Source: Octopus vulgaris (taxonomy: Eukaryota). From it: DNA of 64,000 nt. Both the position numbers and the translations under genes were made by a program. Positions 26,367-40,900 of the stretch are shown here, one piece after another. Position 1 is the stretch's first letter; every line of letters begins with the position of its first letter. The notes beneath the pieces are model-generated. The model had not been told where the DNA came from. It saw only the letters and a list, made by a program, of their open reading frames with translations, and did not search any database. The stretch covers positions 46,438,001 to 46,502,000 of the forward strand of contig OX597835.1 of NCBI GenBank assembly GCA_951406725.2, read 5' to 3'.

Positions 26367-26769
26367 GCATGTGCTTACACAAGCGCGCGTTTGTACCTGT
26401 ACGTGTGTATACAAGACATCCGTGTGTATGGGTACCATAGCTACATGCGTATGTCCGTCTATATATATGCGCTGTTGCATGATATTTCCATATACACACA
26501 TACATACATACATACATACATACATACATACATACATACATACATACATACGTACATACATACATACATACATACATACATGCATACATACACACATACA
26601 TACGAAATGCGCATCACCATTCGAAAGTTGAGCGTGAAGATTAATGAATAGGAAATCAATGAATCTTAATGTTATCATTGATAGTAATAATCAGTTTGGT
26701 TTTCCTGTTGTCGCAAGTTTAAACACGATCTTTTGATGGACGGAATCCGTCGTCTGTCTTTCTAACCTG

Positions 26770-26806
<37 letters not shown>

Positions 26807-27148
26807 CATAACACATACACTCTCACACACACACACAGAGAATACAACACACATACACACATATACACGCGTGAACGTCTTTTATCCTTTACTCGTTTCA
26901 GTCATTGGACTGCGACCATTTTGGGGCATTCCCTGGAAGGAGGTCTTGAAGTCCAACAAATCGACCTCGGCATTTATTTTTTCGACGTCTGGTACTTAGT
27001 CTATCGATCGCTTTTGCCGAGCTGCTATATTACGGGAACGTAAAGAAATCAACATCGGTTCAGTTCAATATTTAAGAGATGAGGAATTATGTACATTATT
27101 TACATTATTTACAATTGATGGATATTTGTCCTCATCTTGTTTGTTGTT

Positions 27149-27193
27149 AACACAACGTTTCGGCTGATATACCGTCCAGCCTTCATCAGGTGT
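27149..27193 (-). ncRNA. Minimal hammerhead ribozyme motif
   Basis: Minus strand ACAC-CTGATGA-AGGCTG-GACGGTATAT-CAGCC-GAAAC-GTT-GTGT. Confidence 0.7.
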
Positions 27194-27239
27194 CTTGGGG
27201 AAATTTCGAACCTGGGTTCTAATTACTAAGGTACTTTTG

Positions 27240-27240
27240 A

Positions 27241-27333
<93 letters not shown>

Positions 27334-27432
27334 CATCATTATTATTATTATTATTATTATTATTCTATGTTTGACTTTTGCTATATATACAATTGGCTCC
27401 AAGTTGGCTCAAGAGACAACAGTCTCACGTTG

Positions 27433-27476
<44 letters not shown>

Positions 27477-27513
27477 ATTATTATTATTATTAGTTCTACG
27501 TTATTATTATTAT

Positions 27514-27547
<34 letters not shown>

Positions 27548-27550
27548 TAC

Positions 27551-27623
<73 letters not shown>
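27240..27623 (+). repeat. (TGT)n/(TAT)n trinucleotide array
   Basis: Direct inspection. Confidence 0.95.
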
Positions 27624-27627
<4 letters not shown>

Positions 27628-29992
27628 TCACTGCCTGGAATCGAACTCGGAATCTTGGGTTTAGTAAGCCGTGCTCTTAACCACTACGCCATATGCCCAC
27701 GAATGCTGGACAATTCGCGGCACTTCGTCCATCTTTACACTCTGAGTTCAAATTCCGCGGCTGTGGGCGACTTTGCCTTTCATCCTTTAGAGATCAATAA
27801 AGTAAGTACCAGTTGTGCACTGGTGTCGATGTAATTGACTAGCACATTCTCCGAAATTGCTGGCGTTGTACCAAAATTTGAAACCAATAGTTTACAGAAA
27901 GAAAGACATTTTGGCTAACGTTGGCCTCAGCGTGATTGGAACACAGATCACAAAGAACGGCAACAAATCCCATCAGGCTTTTGTCGGACGTCCGACCCAT
28001 TCAGTTTAATCGACCGCCCCACAATAGATAAGATGAGATAAGATTTTCTTCCTTGCCCCACCTCGCAAAAGAAAAACAAAATGGCGTCGTAACATCGTAA
28101 CTGTTGAAATGCCTTGACAGCTAAAAGCTTCCATACAGAGCTATCGGTTCTCTATTAACTCGGGGCTGTCAGCAAGAGCAGGAATATTTACAAGATAATG
28201 ATTACTTCTTTTTAGATTGGGACAAGGCCACACGTTTGGTTAGTGATGAAAAGAATCGATTCAATCGATCTCAGTACTTAACAGAGGTGTGTGCGTGTGT
28301 GTGCGTAAGTGAGTGAATGAGTGAGTGAGTGAATGAGTGAGTGAGTGAATAAGTGAGTGTGTGAGTGTGTGAGTGAGTGTGTGAGTGAGTGAGCCATGTG
28401 TGAGTGTACTTTATCGACTTTGGAAAGATAAAATGCATAATGCAAAACGACATCAAACAAAACTGGTTTTTTTTTATCTACATTTCTTTCCAGTTGCGAT
28501 ATCTACAGCGCACACACACGCGCGCGCGCGCATATTTATTTAAAAATCTTTACGTCAAACATTGTGCGCCGTGAATTTTCAGGACTCAACAGGTAGATGG
28601 ATACAATCGAGGTAAAACAAGACAACGATTGATTTCTAATATCGATACAAGACCACAAATTATTGGTGCAGGATAGGGTGTATGCGATTCTGGTTATTAT
28701 TTTACCTTTCATCCCCGGAAGAATGAAATGGTAGCTGTGAAATTGGCGCAATTTGAACTCAGAACGCTCAGCGCGATAACTAAGTACCGATTACTTTTCA
28801 TAAGCTTCAAAGCTTCGCAAATTTGGAAGGAGGTAGTATTGTCGATTAAGAATTACCCCAGTATATAGCTGGTATTTATATTTCTTCACATATGAAAACA
28901 TGACAGGTAATATTGAACTTAGATCGTAAACGACCGAAGCTAAATACCTCCAGATATAATGTTGTCTTAGATACAGAGAAATTCTGAAAAACTACTGTTT
29001 TGTCAGAATTCTGGTTGAAGTCAAAAGTCAGTATTTGAACAGGCTGAATCGTTAGAGACAAAATGCCCGGTGGTGTTTCTTTCGATACTTCAAATTCCAC
29101 CCAATGTCAACTTAAATTTCATTCCTTCGGGGTCGATATTATAATTTACTGTTCAATTATTGAGGTGAATGATATCGAATTGCCCTCTTTCTTTAAAAAT
29201 TTGCTGGCCTAATGCCTATATTATAAGGTATTATTTATGGAAAAATAAATTTATATCATAAACTGAACATATTTGATGTTGTTGTTTTTTATGATGATGG
29301 TGACGATGACGATACAGAGTATATAAATCAGTGCCCTCAACAATTCTCTGATTGCCCTTAAACACTGGAGTAAAAAATCTTCCGCCTCCAGTAGTCAACT
29401 GGTACTTACTTCATTGACCACGAATGGTTGAAAGGCAAAGTTCCCCTAATAATAACCCTTTCTACACTTGGCACAAAGCCTGAAATCTGGGGGTAGGGAA
29501 CTAGTCAATTACATCGACTTAAGAGCTTAACTGGTACTTGTTTCATCGATTTCGAAAGGATAAAGGCAAAAATCGACCTCGGCGCAATTTGAATTCAGAA
29601 CGAAACGACAGACGAAACTCAGCCAAGCATTTTTCCCGGTTGACATAATAATCCGGAAAAAGAAAAATCCAGTTTCTGAAAAACAAACCATCTCAATAAA
29701 AAGTGTCTTGTAAATGATTAAACAAAGTTCAAACAGACACAGTTAATGAAAACACCAGGTTTAACACACACAGATAAAATACTAACGCCAACGAAGAGCG
29801 CTCAAAGTAGTCCCAAGACCTCCCTGAAATGGAACTCAAATCAGTCTCAAATCACAACCAGTTGTCTTAGAAAACAACACGCTAGATAATGTGATCCAAA
29901 ATTCTCTACTCACAGAAAGGTAGAGGGATGGTCACTGCTGGAATGCTTTTTAATCATAGATCAGGGCCGACCTGAGGATAAACAACTCTGAT

Positions 29993-30067
<75 letters not shown>

Positions 30068-30095
30068 AGTAGCACTACCAAGCGCTGCGTATATA

Positions 30096-30129
<34 letters not shown>

Positions 30130-31199
30130 CATATATATATCACGTAGTTTCTTTTCGTTGCATGAGGAAGGCATCAAACTGACAGAGTCGCTAAAGCGTG
30201 GTGAGATGAAATACCTTGCGTTATTTATTCTGGATCTCTGCGGTCTAATTTCAAAATCCGCTGAGGTTTACTTTGCTCTTTCATGCCTTTGGGTTCCATA
30301 GATAAAGTAGGGATCAAGTATTGAGGCTGTCTATCGTCTCTACCCTCAGAATCGTGTCGGCTGAAAGACCCAAAGAAGAAGTTTCACATCAATGTTTCAC
30401 CAATCTTTTTACCGATTTTCTGCGGACTTGCTAAGAAAGACACAATGAGAAACAACGAGAAACAACACAAAACATTGTACATAACTAAAGCTACGATGGG
30501 CCGTGAAAAGGAAAACTTAAGCTTTGACCTTCTGCTTACAAAAGATTCATGATCAACTTGTATTATGTCTTCGCAAATGGTTTTAAGTACTAAATTGTCG
30601 CCAGCAGATACACGCATATCCTCTGTGCTCGTAGCCTTAATCTAGTTGATTACTCAGAAACGATAGCCAAGTGGAGTGAAAGATGCATCAGTACAGGTTT
30701 GTTATCTTATTAATGGCCCCAAAAAGTTGGGCGGCAAAGTTGACCTCGGATATAATTGAATTAAAAATGGAAAAAAGCTGTTACAGATATTGCAATGATT
30801 TCTAACCGTAGCGTTAACGTTTCTTCAATTCATTATTTTACAGTGAGACTAACATTACATAACCTAAAGTGTCTTTCCTTTCTGCTTTTATTTTGTCCTT
30901 CTTTTATTTATTTACTTTTCTATGAAAGACATTAATGTGTGATTTGAAGGATGACCGCATCAGGATTTTGGTCTCAGGGCGCAGAGGGTAGAAAAATGGA
31001 TCGTAACTCGCTTTGTCCGAACCTTTTACAGTCTGCTGATCGATAGCTTTGAATATTGCAAACCCGCAATAAAGATAAGAAAACAAAAATAATGAATGGG
31101 TGTTTGCAAATTTTGGCAAGAAGCCAGTAATTTTGATGGAATTCTTTAATTCTTTAAAGCGTTTCAGCCTTAAAGTTGTGGTCATGCTGGAGCACCACC

Positions 31200-32408
31200 G
31201 TTGAATGATTAAGTTGATTACATCGACCCCAGTACTTAACTGGTGCTTATTTTATCGACCACGAGATAATAAAAAGTAAAGCCGTTCTCGGCAAAATTTG
31301 AACTCAGAACGTAAAGATAGACGAAACACCGTTAAGCATTTTTCTCGGCACACGAACAATTCTGCCAGCTCGATGCCTTAGAATAATAAAATGAAACTGT
31401 CTGCTATAGGCACGAGGTCTGAAATTTGAGGGAAGTGGGCTTGTCGATTTCATCGGCACCAAGACTTGACTGGTTCTTACTCTATTGGTCGCGAAAGGAT
31501 GAAAGGCAAAGGCATCCTCGGAGGAATTTAAGTAAAGAACGTCAAAACGGACGAAATACTAATAAGCATTTTCCAGGTATGCTAAGGAATCTTTTCTGTT
31601 ATAAACACAAGGCCTGAAATTTGGGGGAGGGGGATAGTCGATTTCATTGACCCCAGAGCGTAACTAGTACTTATTTCATCGACCCCGAAAAGATGAAGGG
31701 CAAAAATCGACTTTGGCAGAATTTGAACTCAAAACGTAACGACAAGCGAAATACCGCTAAGCATTTCGTCCTGCGTGCTAACGATTTTGCCAGCTCGCCA
31801 CCTTTAAAATAATAAAATAATCTTTTCTACTCTAAGCACAAGGCTCGAAATTTTGGGAGAGGAGGCCAGTCGATTAGATCGACCTCAGTACGCAACTGGT
31901 ACTTAATTTATCAACCCCGAAAAGATGAAAGGCAAAGTCGACCTCGGTGGAGTTTAAACTCAGAATGTAAAGACGGACGAAATACCTATTTCTTTACTAC
32001 CCACAAGGGGATAAACACAGAGAGGACAAACAAGGACAGACAAATGGATTAAGTCGATTATATCAACCCCAGTGCGAGACTGGTACTTATTTAATCAACC
32101 CCGAAAGGATGAAAGACAAAGTCGACCTCGGCGGAATTTGAACTCAGAACGTAGCGGCAGACGAAATACCTATTTCTTTACTACCCACAAGGGGCTAAAC
32201 ACAGAGAGGACAAACAAAGACAGACAAACGGATTAAGTCGATTACATCGACTCCGACTCCAGTGCGTAACTGGTACTTAATTTATTGACCCTGAAAGGAT
32301 GAAAGGCAAAATCGACCTCGGCGGAATTTGAACTCACAACGTAACGGCAGGCGAAATACGGTTAAGCATTTCGCCCGGCGTGCTAACGTTTCTGCCAGCT
32401 CGCCGCCT
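31200..32408 (-). mobile_element. Cluster of family A SINEs, including a trimer at 31822-32408
   Basis: About six same-orientation units, with identical junctions GAAATACCTATTTCTTTACT at ~31979 and ~32163. Confidence 0.88.
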
Positions 32409-33776
32409 TCCTTTCATATAAATATTAACTAAACAGTTTCTTCACTCGGGTGTATTTTCTGTAGCATGAAACAAAAGATAGTTAGGAAGTTACTATTCGT
32501 GCAAAGATTAATAAAAAGAAAATCATCGTTACCCTGCATCGCTACCCTGTTTCTTGCCGTATTGGTTCCAGTTGTTTGCGTTTTGAGTTCAAATCTTACA
32601 GACGAGAAAATTTAAACGTTTCTTTTTTTTTTTAATTATGACTTTTATTCTTTCGAATAAAATTTCTGGAGCGTGGTACAAAATGTAGATAGGGAGATGC
32701 TGTGGGATCCCTGCCGCTCGGCAACGAGCATTCATTTGCTTGATCAAGTGTATTAATCTGCACTTGAATTAACGTGTAAGTGGCTGAGTGTTCCGCAGAT
32801 GCGAGTACACTTAACATAATTCTTAGGCAGAATCAGTGTGATATAGTGTGAGACAAGGCTATACCTTTGAATTACAGCTACCATCAACCAAACGAGCTTC
32901 AATATAGTTTCCGTCTAACCAATTCCACTTATAAGATGCGGAGGTTTTAGAATAGTCATTTACAAACAACAGCCCATCAGACATTGTGAATAGCAAACCA
33001 ACGAAAGATTACTTTCGATTTTGTTTAATAGTATGGCCCAGCTGATGACAATCCATGTCTCATGCAGCCCGATTCTCAAAAGACGAAAAGAAGGTTGCCC
33101 ATATCTGCTTTAGATAAGGGTGCATATAATATAATTTGCTCAAGATTTGCCACATTAGAACCGAATCCAGACCGTGCAGCTACAAAACAATCGTTGTTGC
33201 CATTTAGCTTTTAGCACGCCTGCAGGTAGAAAGTAATATTGTATTAAAATATAGATATATGCCATTTGATTCAAAGCCAGACGTTTTGGATGTGTTTATG
33301 GTCGATGAAATCGCCCTCGGTATTCTATTCTGAGTGTAAAACCATTGAATTGATTTCAAATAACTGAGAGCTGTTTACTGAAGCTTTATTTCAATTCGAG
33401 ATGGATTCGATGTATTATTGAACGTAAATTATTGTTATTTTATGCACAGAGGTCGTTGCCTCCATATATCGCTTTATGCATCTCTATGCCTCTGCGCTGC
33501 TGTTCCCGGTGCGTAGAAACAGATAGAAAAGAGCATGCGCACGGACGACACTTTGTTTCAGTTGTTGGACTGTGGTCATGCTGGGGCACTGCCATGAAGG
33601 GTTTAGTTAAACGAATCGACATCCTTATGGTACTTATTCTATCAGACTTTTGCCAAATCTCTACGTTACGAGGACATAAACAAACCAACACTGGTTATCA
33701 AGCGGTGGTGGGGAACACAGAGAAACACAAAGATATACACATATACATGCAAACACTCACACACACACACATATAT

Positions 33777-34196
33777 ACTCTTTTACTCTTTTACTCTTTT
33801 ACTTGTTTCAGTCATTTGACTGCGGCCATGCTGGAGCACCGCCTTTAGTCGAGCAAATCGACCCCGGGACTTATTCTTTGTAAGCCCAGTACTTATTCTA
33901 TCGGTCTCTTTTGCCGAACCGCTAAGTGACAGGGACGTAAACACACCAGCATCGGTTGTCAAGCAATGCTAGAGGGACAAACACAGACACACAAACATAC
34001 ACACACATACATATATATATATATATACATATATACGACAGGCTTCTTTCAGTTTCCGTCTACCAAATCCACTCACAAGGCTTTGGTCGGCCCGGGGCTA
34101 TAGCAGAAGACACTTGCCCAAGATGCCACGCAGTGGGACTGAACCCGGAACCATGTGGTTGGTTAGCAAGCTACTTACCACACAGCCACTCCTGCG
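33777..34196 (-). mobile_element. SINE family B, full length, young
   Basis: Near-identical to 35825-36229 and 37317-37721. Confidence 0.9.
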
Positions 34197-34328
<132 letters not shown>

Positions 34329-34555
34329 CGGGTATTGGTCAGTTCAATGCTATTGTAGAAGACACGTATCCAAGGGGCCATGAAGTGAGACCGAACCTGA
34401 AAGTGCGTGGACGCAAAGCGAACTTCTTAACCACACGACCATTTAAGTAAAAACAAATATTCATAGAAAATAACTTTGAAAATTTGAAAATTTTCTCAGG
34501 GACACCTTCTCCATCAAGGACATATAGCTAAGGGTGCATAAAAATAATCGGGCGC

Positions 34556-34857
34556 TCCGTTGGTTACGACGACGAGGGTTCCAGTTCATCCGATCAACCG
34601 TACAGCTTGCTCGTGAAATTAACGTGCAAGTGGCTGAGCACACCACAGACACCGGTGCCCTTAACATAGTTCTCAAGAAGCTTCAACGTGATGCAAGATG
34701 TGATAAGGCTGGCCCTTTGAAGTACTAGTGTCACTCAGCAGAGAGTGGACTGGAGCATGGTGAAATAAAGTGTCTTGCTCAAGAACACCACGCACGCCGG
34801 AAACCGAACTCATGATCCGAATACCCCATCCCCTAACAACTACGCCACGCACCTTCA
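34556..34857 (-). mobile_element. tRNA-derived SINE family D
   Basis: Shares its head with family C but has a different tail (...GATCGGATGAACTGGAACCCTCGTCGTCGTAACC). Further copies at 38999-39342 and, partially, 13795-13985 and 32740-32875. Confidence 0.8.
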
Positions 34858-35044
34858 CTAAGGGAGGCATAACATATTTAATATACCTCGTTTATCACTA
34901 ATTCATACACCTCAGATCCAGGATAACACGGTACGCTCAATTGTGAACTGTGTTACCCTTATTATGAGTTGTTATGTAAGACCGTGGATTGGCGACCATG
35001 TGAAGATTCCGCTCACACTGCAAAAATCACCCAGAATGCTTCTA

Positions 35045-35455
35045 ATTTCTTTATTGCCCACAAAGGGCTAAACATAGAGGGGACAAACAAGGACAGACAA
35101 AGGGATTAAGTCGATTAGATCGACCCCAGTGTGTAACTGGTACTTAATTTATCGACCCCGAAAAGGTGAAAGGCAAAGTCGACCTCGGCGTAAATTTGAA
35201 CTCAGAGCAAAGCGGCAGACGAAATATCTATTTCTTTACTACCCACAAGGGGCTACACACAGAAGGGACAAGCAAGGACAGACAAACGGAGTAAGTCGAT
35301 TACATCGACCCCAGTGCGTAACTGGTACTTATTTAATCGACCCCGAAAGGATGAAAGGCAAAGTCGACCTCGGCGGAATTTGAACCCAGAACGTAACGGC
35401 AGACGAAATATCGCTAAGCATTTCGCCCGGCGTGCTAACGTTTCTGCCAGCCCAC
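35045..35455 (-). mobile_element. SINE family A dimer
   Basis: Two units joined at GAAATATCTATTTCTTTACT (~35221). Confidence 0.88.
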
Positions 35456-35544
35456 CCAGAATGCTTCTGCTACCCCCAAATACTCTGACTGTGAACGTAC
35501 TTTGAGGCTGCGTATTTTTGAATGGGATTTACGTACTCGAGGCC

Positions 35545-35710
35545 ACAAATCTGGGACCAGTGAAGCGAAATACTACGAAAGTACCTGATCCTAATAAACG
35601 ACGCAGGCGAGTGTATTCTCCACAGGAAAATGTAGAGGTGGCCCAGAAAATGCGCGACGGTGGAAGCTTCGTTGCTGTGGGCCGCGACTTTGGTGTCAAT
35701 GAATTTACTT
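35545..35710 (+). mobile_element. pogo/Tigger transposase N-terminal fragment (CENP-B/psq-type HTH)
   Basis: KRRRRVYSPQENVEVAQKMRDGGSFVAVGRDFGVNE. Confidence 0.65.
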
Positions 35711-35824
35711 ACTTGTTTCAATTACAAATTAATTACAGGTACACGATTCGTATAATGCTGCTTCATTTATCAGTGGGATTTTTTTAAAACCAAACTTCTT
35801 TGGTAAGCGACGATAAATGTATAT

Positions 35825-36229
35825 CTCTTTTACTCTTTTACTCTTTTACTTGTTTCAGTCATTTTAACTGTGGCCACGCAGGAGTACCGCCTTTAGTCGA
35901 GCAAATCGACCCCGGGACTTATTCTTTGTAAGCCCAGTACTTATTCTATCGGTCTCTTTTGCCGAACGGCGACGTAAACACACAAGCATCGGTTGTCAAG
36001 CGATGCTAGGGGAACAAACACAGACACACAAACATATACACACACATACATATATATATATATATACATATATACGACAGGCTTCTTTCAGTTTCCATCT
36101 ACCAAATCCACTCACAAGGCTTTGGTCGGCCCGAGGCTATAGCAGAAGACACTTGCCCAAGATGCCACGCAGTGGGACTGAACGCGGAACCATGTGGTTG
36201 GTTAGCAAGCTACTTACCACACAGCCACA
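35825..36229 (-). mobile_element. SINE family B
   Basis: Similar to 33777-34196. Confidence 0.9.
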
Positions 36230-37316
36230 CTATGACGCAGAAAAATGTTTTGTTTATTGAAATTACGTCTGTAATAAAAAGAAAATGGAAGAAGCCGTAT
36301 GCGTGGCTGTATGGTAAGAAATTTACTTCGTAACCACACGTTCACGGTTCAGTCTCAATGCGTAGCACCTTGGGCGAGTATCTCCGACAATGGCCTTGGA
36401 AGGAAGCCCGTCGTATATGTATGTATGCATGTATATATGCACACACACACACACACGCATTATTCTTTAACAAGAATAGCATTGACAGGGACTTCGAAAG
36501 CATCATAAGACTAAGGCATCATTAAACTTCCGAAGAGGGCTTAGCAGGCCGAAACTTCGGAGTCACTGTCAATACTGTTCTTATTAAAAACTAATTTTGT
36601 ACTCTACATAAAATACAAACACAAATATATATGCATATGTGTGTCTCTTTGCTCTCTACTACCGCTAGGCAACCGACACTGGTTTGTTTATGTTCCCGTA
36701 GTTTAGTCGTTCATTGTACGTGACCGGTGGAATAAACACTAAATTTGAAAAAACCTAAGTACTTGGGTCGATTCGTTCGACTACAACCTTCCAAGGCGGT
36801 GCTCCAGCATGGTCGCAGTCCAAAGACTGGAATAAGTAAAAGATAAAAGTTAAAACATAACATTAATGACATTTCTTACCCAGGATAATAAGGGAGAAAA
36901 CTCCGAAATTTAAATTAATTAAAAGATTAATTAATTAAAAGTGCAGTAGGTTATGAGGCTGGCTTAGTGATCTGATGATTTCTCTTTTAAACATTAGTCG
37001 TGGTGGAATTTCATTCAATTAAAAAATATTCGTGCTTTCTGCATTAAGTTTGTTAGTTTGCATTTAACTACATATTTTTTATGCAGATAGCGTCCCTGGC
37101 AAATTATAAAATTTTCACGCAAAAATTATATGCTCTCTGTTGTTCTGTGATCTGGTATCTACGAATTTAAGCATATATTTCATTGAGTGGGGTTAATAAC
37201 ACCCATATATGCCATGAGTTGTTATTCTCACTACAGTCCAGACGCACTTTTCAATGCAGGCCCACCCAGCCCCACCATTTAATTTTTGAGACTATATATA
37301 TATATATATATATATA

Positions 37317-37720
37317 CTCTCTTTTTACTCTTTTACTTGTTACGGTAATTTGACTGCGGCCATGCTGGAGCACCGCCTTTACTCGAGCAAATCGACCCCG
37401 GGACTTATTCTTTGTAAGCCCAGTACTTATTCTATCGGACTCTTTTGCCGAACCACTAAGTGACGGGGACGTAAACACACCAGCGTCGGTTGTCAAGCAA
37501 TGCTAGGGGGACAAACACAGACGCACAAACACACACACACACACATACATATACATATACGACAGGCTTCTTTCAGTTTCCGTCTACCAAATCCACTCAC
37601 AATGCATTGGTCGGCCCGGAGCTATAGCAGAAGACACTTGCCCAAGGTGCCACGCAGTGGGACTGAACCCGGAACCATGTGGTTGGTTAGCAAGCTACTT
37701 ATCACACAGCCACTCCTGCG

Positions 37721-37721
<1 letters not shown>
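37317..37721 (-). mobile_element. SINE family B
   Basis: Similar to 33777-34196. Confidence 0.9.
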
Positions 37722-37771
<50 letters not shown>

Positions 37772-37886
37772 AAAGCAATTAAGATTCAAGTCAGTTCTAT
37801 TGAATTCACTTGAATGCGGTACTTAACTTAGATGCACCAGAAAACTATATGGTATTAACCATACAATAATGTGGGGTGATTATAAA

Positions 37887-38908
<1,022 letters not shown>

Positions 38909-38998
38909 CAACTTGCTCAAGTTCAGATCTCTTCAGCACTACCAAGTGTGTTCTATATAGAGAATACCTATCTCTAATCTATACACACACAAACTGGT

Positions 38999-39342
38999 AC
39001 TCCGTCGGTTAAGACGATGAATGTTCCAGCTGATCCAATCAACCGAACAATTTGCTCGTAAAATTAACATGTAAATTGCTGAGCACTCCACAGACACGTG
39101 TACCCTTAACGTAGTTCTTAGGTAGATTCAGTGCGACACAGAATGTGACAAGGCTGTCCCTTTGAAATACAGGTACTACTCATTTTTGCCAGCTGAATGG
39201 ACTGGAGTTAAAAATAAAGTTTCTTGCTTAATAAATAAAAAAATAAAGTGTCTTGCTTAAGGACACAACGCGTCGCCTGGAATCGAACTCACAACCATAC
39301 GATCGTGAACCGAATACCCTAACCACTAAGCCACGCGCCTTC
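38999..39342 (-). mobile_element. SINE family D
   Basis: Similar to 34556-34857. Confidence 0.8.
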
Positions 39343-39380
39343 ACTACATACATACATACATACATACATACATACATACA

Positions 39381-39412
<32 letters not shown>

Positions 39413-39975
39413 ATGACACTCTATAATGAAATCCGTCGGAAGGGTAATCCCGAGGACAAAGAAATAAGAACCCACAATATAGTAGAAGCTGTAGTCACTT
39501 ATAATAAAAAGGAATGCTGGTGGAATGTCCCAGTGAAGACCTCAATAAAATGCAAGCACAACAGTCCTGATATAATGATTTGGAAAAGAGAACAGAAACT
39601 GTGCACAGTTGTGGAAATTTGCTGCTCAGCGGATGTTAACATAAAGCTGAATATCAGTGAAAAATAGAATACCTATGCTGAACTATTCAGAAATCTGCAG
39701 TTACTCTATCCAGATTACAAGTTTAGGTTATACCTGTAATTATTGGGGCCCTGGGATATGTAACACACTGTCTAAATTACCAGTCTTGAGAAATTAGGCT
39801 TCTAAAAACCAGAAAGGAGAAAGCTGATTCGAAGACTACAGATCGAATCCATCACTGGAACTGTAAAAGTCTGTAAAATTTTCCAGAAGTTTATCATTTA
39901 AATAAATATATGAGCATGTCTAGGTATGTAACTATATGCATGAGAATACATACAGAAAACATACAAATCTACTCG
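39413..39975 (+). mobile_element. 3' fragment of an R4-like non-LTR retrotransposon (restriction-like endonuclease)
   Basis: WWNVPVKTSIKCKHNSPDIMIW...CTVVEICC...K..Y.EL...IPVIIGALG shows the PD-(D/E)xK RLE signature. Flanked by (CATA)n. Confidence 0.85.
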
Positions 39976-40500
39976 CACACATACATACATACATACATAC
40001 ATACATACATACATACATACATACATACATACATACATACATACATAGATGCATACAAGAAATAGCCTGTTGTTGATGTTGAAATTCGAATGAAGGAGAC
40101 TTGGTGTTGTATTTTGTATACATCTCCGTAACTTAGCAGGTCGGCAAAAGAGACCGCTAGAACAAGTGCCAAGCTTAAAATGAAAACGAAAATAAGTACT
40201 GAGGCCGGTTCATTCGACTAAAAATTCTTCAAGGCAGTGCCCCAGCTTGGCCGCAGTCTAATGACTCAAACAAGTAAAAGAGGAACTATATAAATAAGTG
40301 ATGGGAAGCACAAGAGACAACCCCCAAAACACTAATGAGGTAAATCAATATTGTTACGCAATTCCCTCAAAGGATTGTGTAATCTTGTCAGTTGATTTCC
40401 TGAAACACGTATCTATTTATTAATACTATGTAGATATTTATATATGTACCAGGTGCGCGTGAATGTGTATAATGAGTGTGTTGTTTAATTAGTTACCTAC

Positions 40501-40900
40501 CTATAGTGGACACAATAGTCACAGCAAAAAGAAGAGCTCCTGGTAGAGACCATGATAAAGAACTTCCACCGGGTAAACCTTTGGTGTCGCAATCCTCTCC
40601 TGTGTAACCAATATTCATAGCACTGTCGCGAAAAATCTTCAAAATCTGCTCGATCTCCGATTTCTTCGACGGACTGTTACTTTCAATTGCTAATAATTTT
40701 TCCAGAGTCTTGCTTTCCACTGAAGTGTATTCTTTAAAAGAATCCCTGCAGCTTTTAATTTCGTTTTCCCTCTCAAGATGTTCGAAGATAAACGCCCCTG
40801 CCACGCAGTAAGCAATTACCATTCCAAAGAGTCCAATATGAGAGAAGAGAAACTTCATAGCAGACTTGACACATGCTGATTTTTCTTTGCTTTGAGACAT
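40501..40900 (-). CDS. K2P potassium channel, coding exon 1 (M1, cap, P1 up to TIG)
   Basis: MSQSKEK...FLFSHIGLFGMVIAYCVAGAFIFEHLE...WSLPGALLFAVTIVSTIG. Donor G|GTAGGT at 40501/40500. 400+926 nt gives 441 aa. Confidence 0.93.

Larger units (their letters stand above)
27061..27698 (-). mobile_element. Composite element: tRNA-derived head + (AAT)n + Penelope-type pLTR tail with hammerhead
   Basis: Head 27698-27624 GGGCATATGGCGTAGTGGTTAAGAGC...GAGTTCGATTCC. Tail 27235-27061 is homologous to 9107-9300. Confidence 0.65.

Noticed and set aside
27624-27698. Functional tRNA gene
   Set aside because: A and B boxes are present, but the acceptor and anticodon stems pair poorly; treated as a SINE-like head.
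31200-32408. CRISPR-like array
   Set aside because: These are long SINE units with no unique spacers, in a eukaryotic context with no cas genes.
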